Shown: positions 50,103 through 60,899 of the stretch, one piece after another | Numbering within the stretch: the first letter of the stretch is position 1 | How the letters are laid out: each line of letters starts with the position of its first letter | NCBI GenBank assembly: GCA_963783575.1 | Contig: CAWAOD010000009.1 | Coordinates: 96,001-160,000, forward strand | DNA from: an uncultured Spirochaetota bacterium | GTDB taxonomy: Bacteria > Spirochaetota > Brevinematia > Brevinematales > JAOACQ01 | DNA length: 64,000 bases | Reading direction: 5' to 3' | Notes under the pieces: generated by a model | Databases searched by the model: none | What the model was told of the DNA's origin: nothing | Seen by the model: only the letters and a program-made list of their open reading frames with translations | Position numbers and translations under genes: made by a program

Positions 50103-51354
50103 TGGATTTATTCTCCTGTTCTATAGATAATTGATTTTGACTTTTATATCCGATATTCCGGTTCTGCGATAATCCTGCGGCAATCCAGATAAACAAAGCA
50201 ATCGGAACTGTATATAATACGGCGTCAAAAATGGAATTGACAAGAAAAGCCCCAAGCAGAACAACCCCATTGAGAGTGTTCGGTGTCCAGGAACCGGAAT
50301 TATTTTTAATTAATTTGATAATAAGAAAAATTATAAAACCGAAAAACGATAGAAATCCAAGAAGTCCGGTCTCAGCAAGGATTGAAAGATAATTATTATG
50401 AATATAAGGAACTTTTACATAATCGCTGCTGCCGGAATAATTTTTTTCGAAATCATACTGAAAATTTAAAAGTCCAATTCCCCATAAAGGGTTATTCCTG
50501 AAAAAGCTATCAATGCCGGCTTTGTACTGAAGCATTCTTCCAGGGACATTCAACGAATTCATTGGATTTTTTAATGTATTTCCAATTTTTTTATTGGGTA
50601 GAAATATAAGAATAATTCCCAGAATAAGTATTACAACAAGAATTCTGTATCTTTTTGTAATTATCACGGTTACCAGCACTGACACTCCAATAAAAATCAT
50701 AGCCGAACGAGTTAATGTTAATACCGCCGTATAGATTGATATGAGTAGCGCCAAACTGAACAATGTTTTCTCCCATATCTTCATATTATTAAAATTGAAT
50801 GAAAGAAAAGAAAGAACGAAAGTCATAACAATGGCTATTAAATTACCACCGACCGCGGGATGTTCGAAGATCGATATGAGCGGTTTATCTGAAAGCCATG
50901 GATGGATTGACATAATTTTAAGGGTTCCAATATAAATCGTTCTTTGGATAATATAGTAATGAATCAGCGCAAATCCGCACCAAATTATCAAAGAAACGGC
51001 AATCTCCACTATCATTTTCTTATAAAACACCTCATCCATTAAAATATTCTTAAAATAAAAATAAACAATAAAATAAAGAATAAAAACAGCTGCTCCGCTG
51101 AATGCTTCCGTTTTATGCTTTGCAAAAACCGAGCTGATAATAGATGCAACTAGAAATGCGGCCAGAAAATAATCGGCATATCCCCAAGAAAGACTTTCCC
51201 ATTTATTTGCAATAATTAAAAATATTATATAAAGCAATAATGATGCATACAAAAAAATCTGAAACGGAGTCGCTAGAAGGCTTACACAGAGCATCGCCAA
51301 TAGAAAAAATCTATTAAAAAGCAGAACAGGGTTTCTTTTCAGAGTAAGTGTCAT
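50095..51354 (-). CDS. O-antigen ligase/Wzy_C family protein
   Basis: TLTRSA, PLWGIG, HNNYLSILAETGLLG. Confidence 0.88.
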   Translation of the reverse strand: MTLTLKRNPVLLFNRFFLLAMLCVSLLATPFQIFLYASLLLYIIFLIIANKWESLSWGYADYFLAAFLVASIISSVFAKHKTEAFSGAAVFILYFIVYFYFKNILMDEVFYKKMIVEIAVSLIIWCGFALIHYYIIQRTIYIGTLKIMSIHPWLSDKPLISIFEHPAVGGNLIAIVMTFVLSFLSFNFNNMKIWEKTLFSLALLISIYTAVLTLTRSAMIFIGVSVLVTVIITKRYRILVVILILGIILIFLPNKKIGNTLKNPMNSLNVPGRMLQYKAGIDSFFRNNPLWGIGLLNFQYDFEKNYSGSSDYVKVPYIHNNYLSILAETGLLGFLSFFGFIIFLIIKLIKNNSGSWTPNTLNGVVLLGAFLVNSIFDAVLYTVPIALFIWIAAGLSQNRNIGYKSQNQLSIEQENKSNA

Positions 51355-51409
51355 AAAAAGACCTCTTTTTTATTTTATAATATGGAAAGAAAAAAAGGAA
51401 ATAATTGTA

Positions 51410-51461
51410 TTTTCATAATCTTTAGATTTTTCATAATCTTTAGATTTTTCAAATCTTTGAT
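51410..51461. repeat. 18-bp tandem repeat in a divergent promoter region
   Basis: TTTTCATAATCTTTAGAT x2 plus a degenerate third copy. Confidence 0.75.
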
Positions 51462-51537
51462 TATTTAAAATCATCATCTATTTGATTTTTTTTTAATATA
51501 GCATTAAATTATTGTTAGGTAAAATAAAGGAGTTAAC

Positions 51538-52074
51538 ATGATTAAGAATAAATTGCTGGATATTTTAGCTTATTTTCAAAAAAATAAAAGAAAATGGATA
51601 TTAATGACAGTAGACAAACTGTTTTTTGAAGCTCAAACCGACCGTTATTTTCTGATATTGAAAGCTTCAGGCAAATACAGGAATGAAACTGTTTTCATTA
51701 CCATCGGCAATATGTTTGATGAGAGTGTCCTCACGAATCTTTTTTTTAAAAACGAAAGCACCAAAAAGATGTTTCAGAAACTTGGCATAGGTATTAAGAA
51801 AATCAGGATATTAAAAAAAGTTAATTCCGAAGATTCGGCGGAATGCATATTGAAAATAGGAATGGCAATAAGAAGAATTAAAATTTCAACTGTCGATGCC
51901 GTACGTATGGCTTCGGAATACAATAAAAATATCGAAGTACCGCAGGATATTGTTAAAGCCGATAAATTCGATCTTGCAGAGTATTCAAATATGTACTCCA
52001 GGGTATATAACAATATTTTTTCCACCAAATTCATCGAAAGAGATTTTTACAACAGCAATGAGGTGATTATGTGA
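51538..52074 (+). CDS. Divergent bifunctional nuclease (DUF151)-like protein
   Basis: ITIGNMF...STVDAVRMA...IEVPQDIV resembles the RPSDAIALA region. Confidence 0.45.
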   Translation: MIKNKLLDILAYFQKNKRKWILMTVDKLFFEAQTDRYFLILKASGKYRNETVFITIGNMFDESVLTNLFFKNESTKKMFQKLGIGIKKIRILKKVNSEDSAECILKIGMAIRRIKISTVDAVRMASEYNKNIEVPQDIVKADKFDLAEYSNMYSRVYNNIFSTKFIERDFYNSNEVIM

Positions 52075-53576
52075 AACGCCTGTTTGCCGGTTTGTGTCTG
52101 ATATTTGCCTTATCCATAAACATTTTTCCTCAAAGCACAAATTCCACAGTGAATACTTCATTGGCGAAAACTTCATTGGTGAATACTTCACCAGAGATCA
52201 GAAACTACATTTCTCAATGTGAGTTTATGCTTTTTTCTCCCTCGTTGGAGAATATTATAACAACATCAAAGTCAGTCCTTAAGCGCTTTTACGGAAGAAA
52301 TTATAATGAAATGCTTGAGAAGATAAGCACTGATTCAAAAAGCCTGTATGGTCTTGATATCCTGGATTTGAAAAATTTGGAATCGGCAGGGATAAATATT
52401 AAACTGCCTATTGCTTATGTTCATATTTCAAATCAAACCGGCTATCTATTAATACCGATAATCTCTAAAAAAATCATAGAAAATTTTATTAAAAAGACAT
52501 TAAGTGAACCTATGCCATATAAATTCATGGGAAATTACATATGTCTTTCGGAAAAAAATACGGCTCTTGATATCTTAGAGAATACGAACCGTCTTGCCCA
52601 GAATGAAGGATATAATTTAGCTTCCCAGAAACTGAATTTTGCCTGGGACAGGAATTTCGCCTGGATTGAAAGCCGTTATTTGAGTGATGTATCATCATCA
52701 CTGGGGGTTTCCTCCAATATTAAAATACCATACGGATTTACAGCGTTAATTTTAGATTATCAGGAATCTAAAATTTCCGTTAAAACTTATTCCGGTATTA
52801 TTGATCCGAAACAAACTGATTATATAATAAATATGAGAAATGTTTCGGCTTCTGAAAAATATAATATTTTTGACTATATCTGGGGAAGTCCTGCGATAAT
52901 TGCAAATATTTACCTTAATGTGCCGATGGCTTATAAGTATTATAATTATATAGATACAATCAATATTCTAGGAATTAAAGGTTTTGTAGCAGAGATGCTG
53001 CAAAAATACAATATTAATATTGAAAGAGATCTTATAAATAATACTGATGGAAGACTGAAAATGGTAGTTGACAAATTTGATACCATTCAGAATGATTATC
53101 TGGTATACGGTTCATTGGGTATTAAAGATACATCGGTCGCTGGCAGTTTTATGGATTCTGTAAAGACGGCAATTTTACAGACAGATGGAAAATTATATTC
53201 TTTTGAAATGTTTACAAAACCATTTTATCATTATCAATCGACAAATTATTCAATCTACTATGGAGTGATCGAAAATGAATTTGTCTTCTCAACAGACAAA
53301 GACAGCCTTGTTCAACTGGTAAAAAACCTTTATGAAAATAAAGGCGGATATGCAGCAAAACTTCCGGAATTTTTTCGGTTGTCAATCAACGATAAAAAAC
53401 TAGGTTACTTTATATCCATAGATATACAAAGTCTATTCAGCAATATTAAAACGAGTGTTGAAATCAACAAAGACTTTCTGGTCGGTATAAAAGAAATCGA
53501 CATATATGGAAATCCAGATCTTGACGGTACACCATATGGATGGAACACTACTATAGATATTAATTATTATCAATAA
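52071..53576 (+). CDS. Exported hypothetical protein
   Basis: 501-aa ORF with a signal peptide; overlaps the previous stop codon. Confidence 0.7.
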   Translation: MKRLFAGLCLIFALSINIFPQSTNSTVNTSLAKTSLVNTSPEIRNYISQCEFMLFSPSLENIITTSKSVLKRFYGRNYNEMLEKISTDSKSLYGLDILDLKNLESAGINIKLPIAYVHISNQTGYLLIPIISKKIIENFIKKTLSEPMPYKFMGNYICLSEKNTALDILENTNRLAQNEGYNLASQKLNFAWDRNFAWIESRYLSDVSSSLGVSSNIKIPYGFTALILDYQESKISVKTYSGIIDPKQTDYIINMRNVSASEKYNIFDYIWGSPAIIANIYLNVPMAYKYYNYIDTINILGIKGFVAEMLQKYNINIERDLINNTDGRLKMVVDKFDTIQNDYLVYGSLGIKDTSVAGSFMDSVKTAILQTDGKLYSFEMFTKPFYHYQSTNYSIYYGVIENEFVFSTDKDSLVQLVKNLYENKGGYAAKLPEFFRLSINDKKLGYFISIDIQSLFSNIKTSVEINKDFLVGIKEIDIYGNPDLDGTPYGWNTTIDINYYQ

Positions 53577-53698
53577 CAGTCGATTAGTTAGCTAGTCAAT
53601 TAGTTGGTTAGCCAAATTATAGAAAGCATGAGTTCGCAAAGCAAAATCATATTAATTGAATAATTTATTGACTAATCGACTAACAGGCTAACTAACTG
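53577..53698. repeat. Inverted arrays of degenerate octamers
   Basis: CAGTCGAT TAGTTAGC TAGTCAAT TAGTTGGT TAGCCAAA ... ATTGACTA ATCGACTA ACAGGCTA ACTAACTG. Confidence 0.8.
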
Positions 53699-53846
53699 CT
53701 TGGCAGACTGAAAAGATTTATATTGTGAGCCTTGACTTATTATAATTTTGTTTTATCATTTATGGATTAAATAATTTATTATCAAAAATGTTATCCGATG
53801 CGGGCATATTTAATTTTCTACTGAAATATTCACAACGGAGTAAGTA

Positions 53847-54332
53847 ATGGAAAAACAATTCGTAAGTTTTGAGATCGCTCACAATAAATATTGTATAGAT
53901 ATTATGGATGTCAAAGAAGTAGTCAAAGAAAATAATATAACCGTGCTGCCGGATTCTCCTTTTTTTGTTGAAGGAATTATGAATTTAAGGGGTATAGTTA
54001 TCCCGGTAGTATCTGTTAAAAAGAAACTGGGTTTAAAAGACAAAGATGAACCCGGAAATAATACCACTGGTGTTAAAGGCAGATCTAACAAACTTATTAT
54101 AGTAATGATTGAAGGAGTTTTAATTGGTTTCCTTGTTGATAGCCTGGATAGGGTATTTTCTATCGACAACACACAGATCCAAGCATCGGAAAGACTGTCA
54201 GACAGCAGTATTGATAAAACATTGATAAATGGTGTTGTAAAGCTGGAAGAGCAGCTTTACCTGATCCTTGATATTAAAAAACTTCTTGATTTTGAAGAAA
54301 AAACTTTCATAAAGAAAGAAATTATAGAATAA
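53847..54332 (+). CDS. cheW: Chemotaxis adaptor CheW
   Basis: IDIMDVKEV, VEGIMNLRGIVIPV, GFLVD. Confidence 0.95.
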   Translation: MEKQFVSFEIAHNKYCIDIMDVKEVVKENNITVLPDSPFFVEGIMNLRGIVIPVVSVKKKLGLKDKDEPGNNTTGVKGRSNKLIIVMIEGVLIGFLVDSLDRVFSIDNTQIQASERLSDSSIDKTLINGVVKLEEQLYLILDIKKLLDFEEKTFIKKEIIE

Positions 54333-54576
54333 AAATATTATAAGATAAATAAGCATCATCAGAATTATTAAATAAATGAATTTCAAGTTAAATCTTTTTG
54401 TAGTTGTTTTTTTTTGGGAAATATGATAATATTAACTAGTCTTTGAATTAATATAGCTGAAATGCGAGTCTGGCCTGCCTACGCCGGTATCTCCGGCAGG
54501 TAGACGGCAGACAGGCCGAATGGATCAATAACCGAGCGGCATGCTTGTAAAAATTACCCAAAGGAGGATTTAATAT

Positions 54577-55632
54577 ATGAGAAAAGCTAGTTTATTAACA
54601 TTAGTTTTATTGTTTACCGGTATTTTGGCTGGATATTCCCAGCAAACAACTGCACCGGATCAACCCGCAAACCAGAATACCAATCAGGCTGTACAGACAG
54701 TCTCTAATGATAATAATTCCAATGTTCAGGAACAAGCGGCGGAAACATCTTCAAATACAAATGCCGCGCCGATTATTACTGAAGAAAAAGAGGTTTCCCC
54801 GGTTGGAGGTGTTACTTACAGTGATGGCACAACAACATATGCATCCGGCGATGTTCAGTTTGAAATCCAGGCTGTTGAAGATATTTCCGGTGTTAAGCAA
54901 ATTGAAGCAATGCTTGATGATTCGTCTTTTTCAGTATATGAAAAACCAATCGGATTCGATTCCGAGGGACAGCATGTAATTGCATATAAAGCAGAAAATA
55001 ATGTCGGTAATGTTTCCCCGGTTAAATATTATGAATTTACTTTGGATAAAACGCCCCCGGATGCGGTATTAACATCCGACCAGAAAGCAATTCAAATCGG
55101 TGGTGTAGATTTTGTCAATTCCAATTATAACTTCAGTATTACAGCTCAGGACAGGCTTTCCGGTGTAAAAAGCATTGAATACAGCGTTGATGGCGGTGAA
55201 TATCAGGCGTATTCAGCTGTTTTTGCTATTCCCGGTCCAAATGGAATGCATAAAATCGAATATAAATCAACAGACAATGTTGGTAATGAATCAAAAGTAA
55301 AAGCATATGACTTTAGCCTTGACATAAATCCTCCAACGGTGCAGATTGATACAACACCCGCTCCATTCGTTAAAGACGGTGTTAATTATATTTCAGGATC
55401 CTCCCTGATAGTAATTACAGCAAGCGATGCTGAAACAGGAATATCTTCCATAAAATATACAATTGACGGCGGAGATGAAATTAATTATTCTTACCCATTT
55501 AAGCTGACAGGCGGCCAGCACACTATAAAAGCTAAAGCAACCGACCTTCTTGGAAATGTAAGCGATGAAGTTTCACTTATTGTTACAGTTGATGTTAACG
55601 TACCGGAAACAGAAATTAAGGCTACAAAATAA
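54577..55632 (+). CDS. Exported protein with three Ig-like (OmpL47-type) repeats
   Basis: Signal peptide, Q/N/T linker, 3x D..SG...I.Y..DG...G.H.I...A.D..GN.S. Confidence 0.8.
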   Translation: MRKASLLTLVLLFTGILAGYSQQTTAPDQPANQNTNQAVQTVSNDNNSNVQEQAAETSSNTNAAPIITEEKEVSPVGGVTYSDGTTTYASGDVQFEIQAVEDISGVKQIEAMLDDSSFSVYEKPIGFDSEGQHVIAYKAENNVGNVSPVKYYEFTLDKTPPDAVLTSDQKAIQIGGVDFVNSNYNFSITAQDRLSGVKSIEYSVDGGEYQAYSAVFAIPGPNGMHKIEYKSTDNVGNESKVKAYDFSLDINPPTVQIDTTPAPFVKDGVNYISGSSLIVITASDAETGISSIKYTIDGGDEINYSYPFKLTGGQHTIKAKATDLLGNVSDEVSLIVTVDVNVPETEIKATK

Positions 55633-55646
55633 TAATCATCAATAAT

Positions 55647-55679
55647 AAAAAAGCGGGGTTAATTACCCCGCTTTTTTTT
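55647..55679 (+). terminator. Intrinsic terminator
   Basis: AAAAAAGCGGGGT-TAATT-ACCCCGCTTTTTTTT. Confidence 0.9.
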
Positions 55680-55791
55680 AAATCAACTTCATACAAAAAA
55701 TAAAACAATCATAAAACCTCAATCTTGAAAGCAACTTGATTTTAATTTACTTACATGATAAAATCTTCTACTTTAATTTTAGGAGGATGTT

Positions 55792-56544
55792 ATGTCAGGT
55801 CATAATAAATGGGCTAATATAAAGCAAAGGAAGGGTGCTCAGGATGCAAAACGGAGCAACATGTTTTCAAAAATTGCAAAAGAAATTATTTTAGCAGCAA
55901 GGCATGGCGGCGGTAATCCCGATACAAATGCAACGCTGCGGGCCATTATTGAAAAAGCAAAACAAGCCAATATGCCCAAGGATAATATAGAAAAAAATAT
56001 TAAAAGGGGAACAGGAGAAATTGAGGGCATAATTTATGAGGAATTGACATACGAAGGTTACGGACCGGGCGGAGTCGCAGTTATAATGGATATTACAACC
56101 GATAATAAAAACCGATCCGCCGCCGAAATCAGGAAGATTTTCTCCAAACATAACGGCAACCTCGGCGAAGCCGGTTGTGTCGGCTGGATGTTTGATAAAA
56201 AAGGCTATATAGGCGTGGATGGCACAAAACATTCCGAAGATGAAATTATGGAAATCGCTCTTGATTTAGGCGCTGATGATGTTAAAAAGTCAGATGATGA
56301 AATTGAGGTTTACACATCTGTAGAATCTTACATAAGTGTACTTGAGGGTTTAAAGAACAAAAATATAAATGTTTTATCTTCTGAAGTAACAAGAATCCCT
56401 CAAAATACGGTAAAGCTTGAAAAGGATAAAGCTATGACACTTCTCAGACTTATGGATGAACTTGAAGGTCATGACGATGTCCAGAATGTCGCTAGTAATG
56501 CGGAAATTGACGACAGTGTGATGGAAGAATTTGCCAATTCATAA
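55792..56544 (+). CDS. yebC: YebC/PmpR family protein
   Basis: MSGHNKWANIK, YEGYGPGG, TDNKNR, DDVQNV. Confidence 0.96.
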   Translation: MSGHNKWANIKQRKGAQDAKRSNMFSKIAKEIILAARHGGGNPDTNATLRAIIEKAKQANMPKDNIEKNIKRGTGEIEGIIYEELTYEGYGPGGVAVIMDITTDNKNRSAAEIRKIFSKHNGNLGEAGCVGWMFDKKGYIGVDGTKHSEDEIMEIALDLGADDVKKSDDEIEVYTSVESYISVLEGLKNKNINVLSSEVTRIPQNTVKLEKDKAMTLLRLMDELEGHDDVQNVASNAEIDDSVMEEFANS

Positions 56545-56569
56545 ATACCCATCATTTCAAAATAAACGG

Positions 56570-58038
56570 ATGATGAATGGATTTTCAGATAAAATTTATA
56601 ATACTTTTGAAAAGAAATACTGGTTATCGTTTTCAATAGTGCTTCTTTTATCAATATTTAACTTATTCTATTTCCTTGACAGCCTTCCGGTACAAAACTG
56701 GGATGAGGCAAGAAACGGTATCACAGCTTATGAAATGATCATTCATAAAGATTTTATAAAAACAACCTACCTGGGTGAAACGGATTACTGGAATACAAAA
56801 CCGCCCTTATTATTCTGGGCAATAAGCCTTTCTTATAAAGTATTCGGTTTTACACCGTTCGCTCTTAGGTTTCCATCGGCTTTTTCCGGATTGATCTCTA
56901 TTGCTCTGACAATGCTAATATCAAAAAAAAGCTTTGGAAAAACAGCGTCATTTTTATCGGGTATTATAATTTCAACAACATACGGCTTTATACACTTTCA
57001 TGCCGCCAGAAAAGGAGACTACGATTCATTATTCACGCTGATTGTTTTAATCTGCATGGCATTTTTGATGATTGCAGATAAAAATAAAATCTATTTCTTT
57101 CTATGCGCGCTTTTTACCGGCATAGGGTTTTTAGCCAAGAGTTTCGCAATAATACAGATCCTCGGGATTATAGTTTTTTATGTCTGGCTTTCGGGATTAT
57201 ACAAAAAGATTAAAATTCCGGATTATATCATATTTGCAATTTTATTAATGATTCCAGTATTAATTTGGGGAATACTCCGGTTTTCAACAGACGGTTTCAC
57301 ATTTTTCAGTAAAATGATTGATAACGACCTGATTATGAGAACCACTCAGATAGCCGATAATCTGCCTACTTTTTCCCTCTGGTATTTCGGTTCGGTTATA
57401 TCGCACTTTTTTCCATGGTCGTTTTCCTGATATTTATTCCGTTTTATAAAAACTCAATAAATACAATGACTTCGGAAAAGAAAACCGGAATAAAACTTGA
57501 GTTGAATAATATTTTTTCAAATCCTCTTTACATTTTATGGATTTTGATTCCTTTTACTTTTTTCAGTCTTGTCACAACAAAAGTTGATTGGTACATGATA
57601 CCTTTATTTCCGCCTCTATCAATCCTCTGCGGCTGGTATCTTACGGATCATATCAATGCAAAAAAAACTTTCCTTACAGGAAAAAAAATACTGGTTTTAT
57701 TAGTTTTTTTTGTTATGCTCTTTGAAGCCGTTTCGGTAATTGTAATAAATTCACAGGATAAGGAATCATACCAGAAAATCTTTAAAATTCTTAAATCTTA
57801 CCCGCCTTCATCGGTATATTTTGTTGATCGCGGAAGGAACCAGGCAGAAATATTCCTGGCGAAGGTTGTGTACCGTTATAATGTTAAAAAGACGGATGAT
57901 ATAAATACTGCAATAAGTCAGTCTGAGACCGGAGATTTTATCTTTACGGCAGATGAAAAAAATAATTATAGTAATATGGAAAATAATTTTAAAATCTTAA
58001 GCAGAGCAGATGGTTATCTTTTAGGCATAAAAGAATAA
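56570..58038 (+). CDS. ArnT/PMT-family (GT-C) glycosyltransferase, frameshifted
   Basis: WDEAR, KPPLLFW, RFPSA; K..WYMIP..P in the second frame. Confidence 0.82.
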
Positions 58039-58058
58039 TCCGGATTGAGGAAAATTAA

Positions 58059-59254
58059 TGGAAGAAAAAAAAATTTTATTCACCAGCAACTGTTACGGAG
58101 AGGACAGAAGCGCCGCTTTGATAGCGAGTGAATTAAAAAAAATGCTGAATCAAAATAAAGAAAATTACAGAATAATGGGCGCATCACTGATAAGCGGAGG
58201 AGAGGATTACATCAAAGAAGGTATAGATATACTGTTTTCTTCAGTTGTACCGCCATCCGGCGGCTTCCCAACACGAAGCATATCAGGTTTTCTATCGGAT
58301 ATTTTTTCAGGCTCGGTCTCAAACACTTTGAAATTCATCAAAAAAATAAAAGAAACCGGACAGATTGACCTTGCTGTTGTTGTCGGAGATGTTCCCCTTC
58401 TCTGGCTCACAAAGCGAGGTTTGCAAAAAAACACACCGACACTTTTTTTAGCCCCTGCAAAATCGGATTATATAAAACCCCATTATAAAATTGAAGAATG
58501 GTATATAAAAAAAACCGCCGATTATATCTTTGCTCATGATCAATTTACCGCTGATAATCTGTCTTCAAAAGGCCTAAACGCAAAATTTCTCGGCAATCCA
58601 ATGATGGACGGTCTGGTTCCGGAGCCGACTATTACGGATAACCTCAGGAAAATCCTGAAAAAAAACATACCGGTAATAGGAATCCTCCCGGGCAGCAGGG
58701 AAGAGGCCTATGATAATCTAGTTTTGATTTTAAAAACCACAGAAAAAATATATTCCGAAAAAGAAACTGAATTCATTGCAGCTATTCCCAAAACGCTTGA
58801 AAATTCTTCAATAGCAAAAAAAGCGGGAAAAGCAGGCTGGTCGTTTAACGCAAATATTGAGTTCATCTCTTTGCAAAAAAATAATGTGAGGGTTTTCCTT
58901 TTAGGAGGCGCTTTCCCGGCCGTGCTGGAAATGTCGGATGTAATTATTGGCCTTGCAGGCACAGCAAACGAGCAAGCTGTCGGAATGGGAAAACCGGTTG
59001 TTTCTTTTACCGGGACAGGCCCCCAGACAACCCGGCAGAGAATTGAAGAGCAGGAAAGGCTTTTGGGCGGCGCGATGAAATTTGTCAGAAATTATCCCGG
59101 CGGGGTTGTTAAAGAAGTTTTAAACCTTCTCAATAATAAAGAAGAGTTGGATAGAAGGGTAAGCATAGGAATAGATAGGATGGGAATGCCCGGAGGGGCA
59201 AGAAATATCGCGGAGTTTGTTTTAAAACATTATATTCAAGGTAGAGTGGTTTGA
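58059..59254 (+). CDS. Lipid-A-disaccharide synthase-related protein
   Basis: SNCYGED, PSGGF, GNPMMD, LPGSR, AGTANEQAVGMGKP. Confidence 0.85.
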
Positions 59255-59279
59255 CAAAGTTTTACCGGAATAGTATAAT
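59251..59279 (+). promoter_or_regulatory. Perfect sigma70 promoter
   Basis: TTGACA-N17-TATAAT. Confidence 0.75.
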
Positions 59280-59318
59280 TTATTATTCCATGATAGTGTA
59301 AAACGGAGGAACAAATGG

Positions 59319-59513
59319 ATGCGAAACATTTCCCAGTTTATAGTATCCTGTCCCGTATTAAAAGGCTGCCATTCTTACGGTAAAACAATAGATATGGATA
59401 ATATCAGAGAAGCTATAGAATTGTGTATTGAAGATGAAAATATTCAACTAGATAATAAATTTATTGGATTCAGGGGTATTGAGGTTGCAAATCATGAGAT
59501 TGCCTGTCATTAA
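59319..59513 (+). pseudogene. HicB-like antitoxin remnant
   Basis: SCPVLKGCHSYGKT...NIREAIELC with apparent internal deletions. Confidence 0.7.
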
Positions 59514-59813
59514 ATGGAAAATTTGTAATTATTCAGCCATCATAATTAAAATAGAAAAATTTACTGGAAGAAAAGAAGGCACGAAGAATGTGTTATGACG
59601 ACCGAATATAAAACCTGTTTTATCGATACAAATATTTTGATCTATCACACTTTTTCTATACTGGGTCATTATGATAAATGCCTTTTAATTCTGGAGGACT
59701 GCTCAGTAGGAAAAATTCAAGCATTTTTTTCTTTACATAAATATAGATCAACATGATATAAATTTCAATAAGAAATAGCTGCATCAAAAGACAGTGAATA
59801 GGAGCATTGAAAA

Positions 59814-60605
59814 ATGAATCATGATATTCTTGTTGAACAATTCTGCACTCCTCATCAACAGGAGGAGACCGATTTTGACAAAGAGGTTTTTGCTGATGCA
59901 AAAATCCTGGATATTAAGTTTGAAAATCGTATATTGAAAGGTTATTCTATGGGTATTGGGAAGAATATATTACTGGTTCATGGATGGAGTTCCCGTGCCA
60001 GCCACATGGCACTGCTTGCCCGATACCTTGTAAATAACCAATTTCATGTCCTAGTTTTTGACGGACCAGCTCATGGGGACTCCAGGAGAAAAGAACAGAA
60101 AGATATGTCCAATATGTTTGAGTTCGGCAGGGCTATTTCATGTGTTGCAAAAAACATGGGCAATATTTATGCTGTGATCGGCCATTCCCTCGGAGCAACA
60201 GCCGCGGCATTTACTTTAGCGGGAACAGGACTTCTAAACAATTACCAGATTGCAACGGAAAAACTTATTTTAATTAGTGCTCCTGAAAGCATATCAAGGA
60301 TCATTGAAAATTTCAGCCGGAATAGGAATGAAATGGATAAAATGACAGAACTGACACAAAGTCTGGAGCAAGCATTTAACTTCAAAGTATCAGATTACAG
60401 CCTGTCATCAGCATTAAAATATCTGAATACCAGTATTTTAATCATTCATGATAAGCTTGATGTGGAAATACCAGTTTCTGATGCGCTGATGTTGAAAGAA
60501 GCAAATGAAAGATTCAAACTGATCTTGACTAAAGGCTCTGGTCATCAAAAGATACTTATTAACCGGGATATGCTCCGTGCTGTGAAAGAATTTTTGTTAA
60601 CATAA
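59814..60605 (+). CDS. Alpha/beta hydrolase
   Basis: HGWSS, DGPAHG, GHSLG, HDKLD, GH. Confidence 0.9.
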   Translation: MNHDILVEQFCTPHQQEETDFDKEVFADAKILDIKFENRILKGYSMGIGKNILLVHGWSSRASHMALLARYLVNNQFHVLVFDGPAHGDSRRKEQKDMSNMFEFGRAISCVAKNMGNIYAVIGHSLGATAAAFTLAGTGLLNNYQIATEKLILISAPESISRIIENFSRNRNEMDKMTELTQSLEQAFNFKVSDYSLSSALKYLNTSILIIHDKLDVEIPVSDALMLKEANERFKLILTKGSGHQKILINRDMLRAVKEFLLT

Positions 60606-60899
60606 ACAATGAATACAGTGGAAATAATTACTTAAATTGAAAGAAGTAAAATATTGTGTCAGCTCAAAATTTGGGGAAAATAGGAGTTAAAGAATAATTA
60701 TATTGACAACCTGAATCGGTCGGTTTGATAAAGCCATTCAGGAGTATTATAATTAATTGTAGCGGAGGAAATATAAATGGATTGTTCTTAATGGAGCAGA
60801 TGTGAAGCAGGAAGAATGGTACCTTCAATAACAATAATATTGACACATCAGTTTTGATTGAATATTTTAAAGGTAATTATAGCGAATTTCAGTGTTCAA

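Noticed and set aside
52149..52190. 15-bp tandem repeat x3
   Set aside because: In-frame low-complexity linker (VNTSL AKTSL VNTSP) after a signal peptide
54455..54550. c-di-AMP, TPP or c-di-GMP riboswitch
   Set aside because: Only GCTGAA matches; the other conserved blocks are absent
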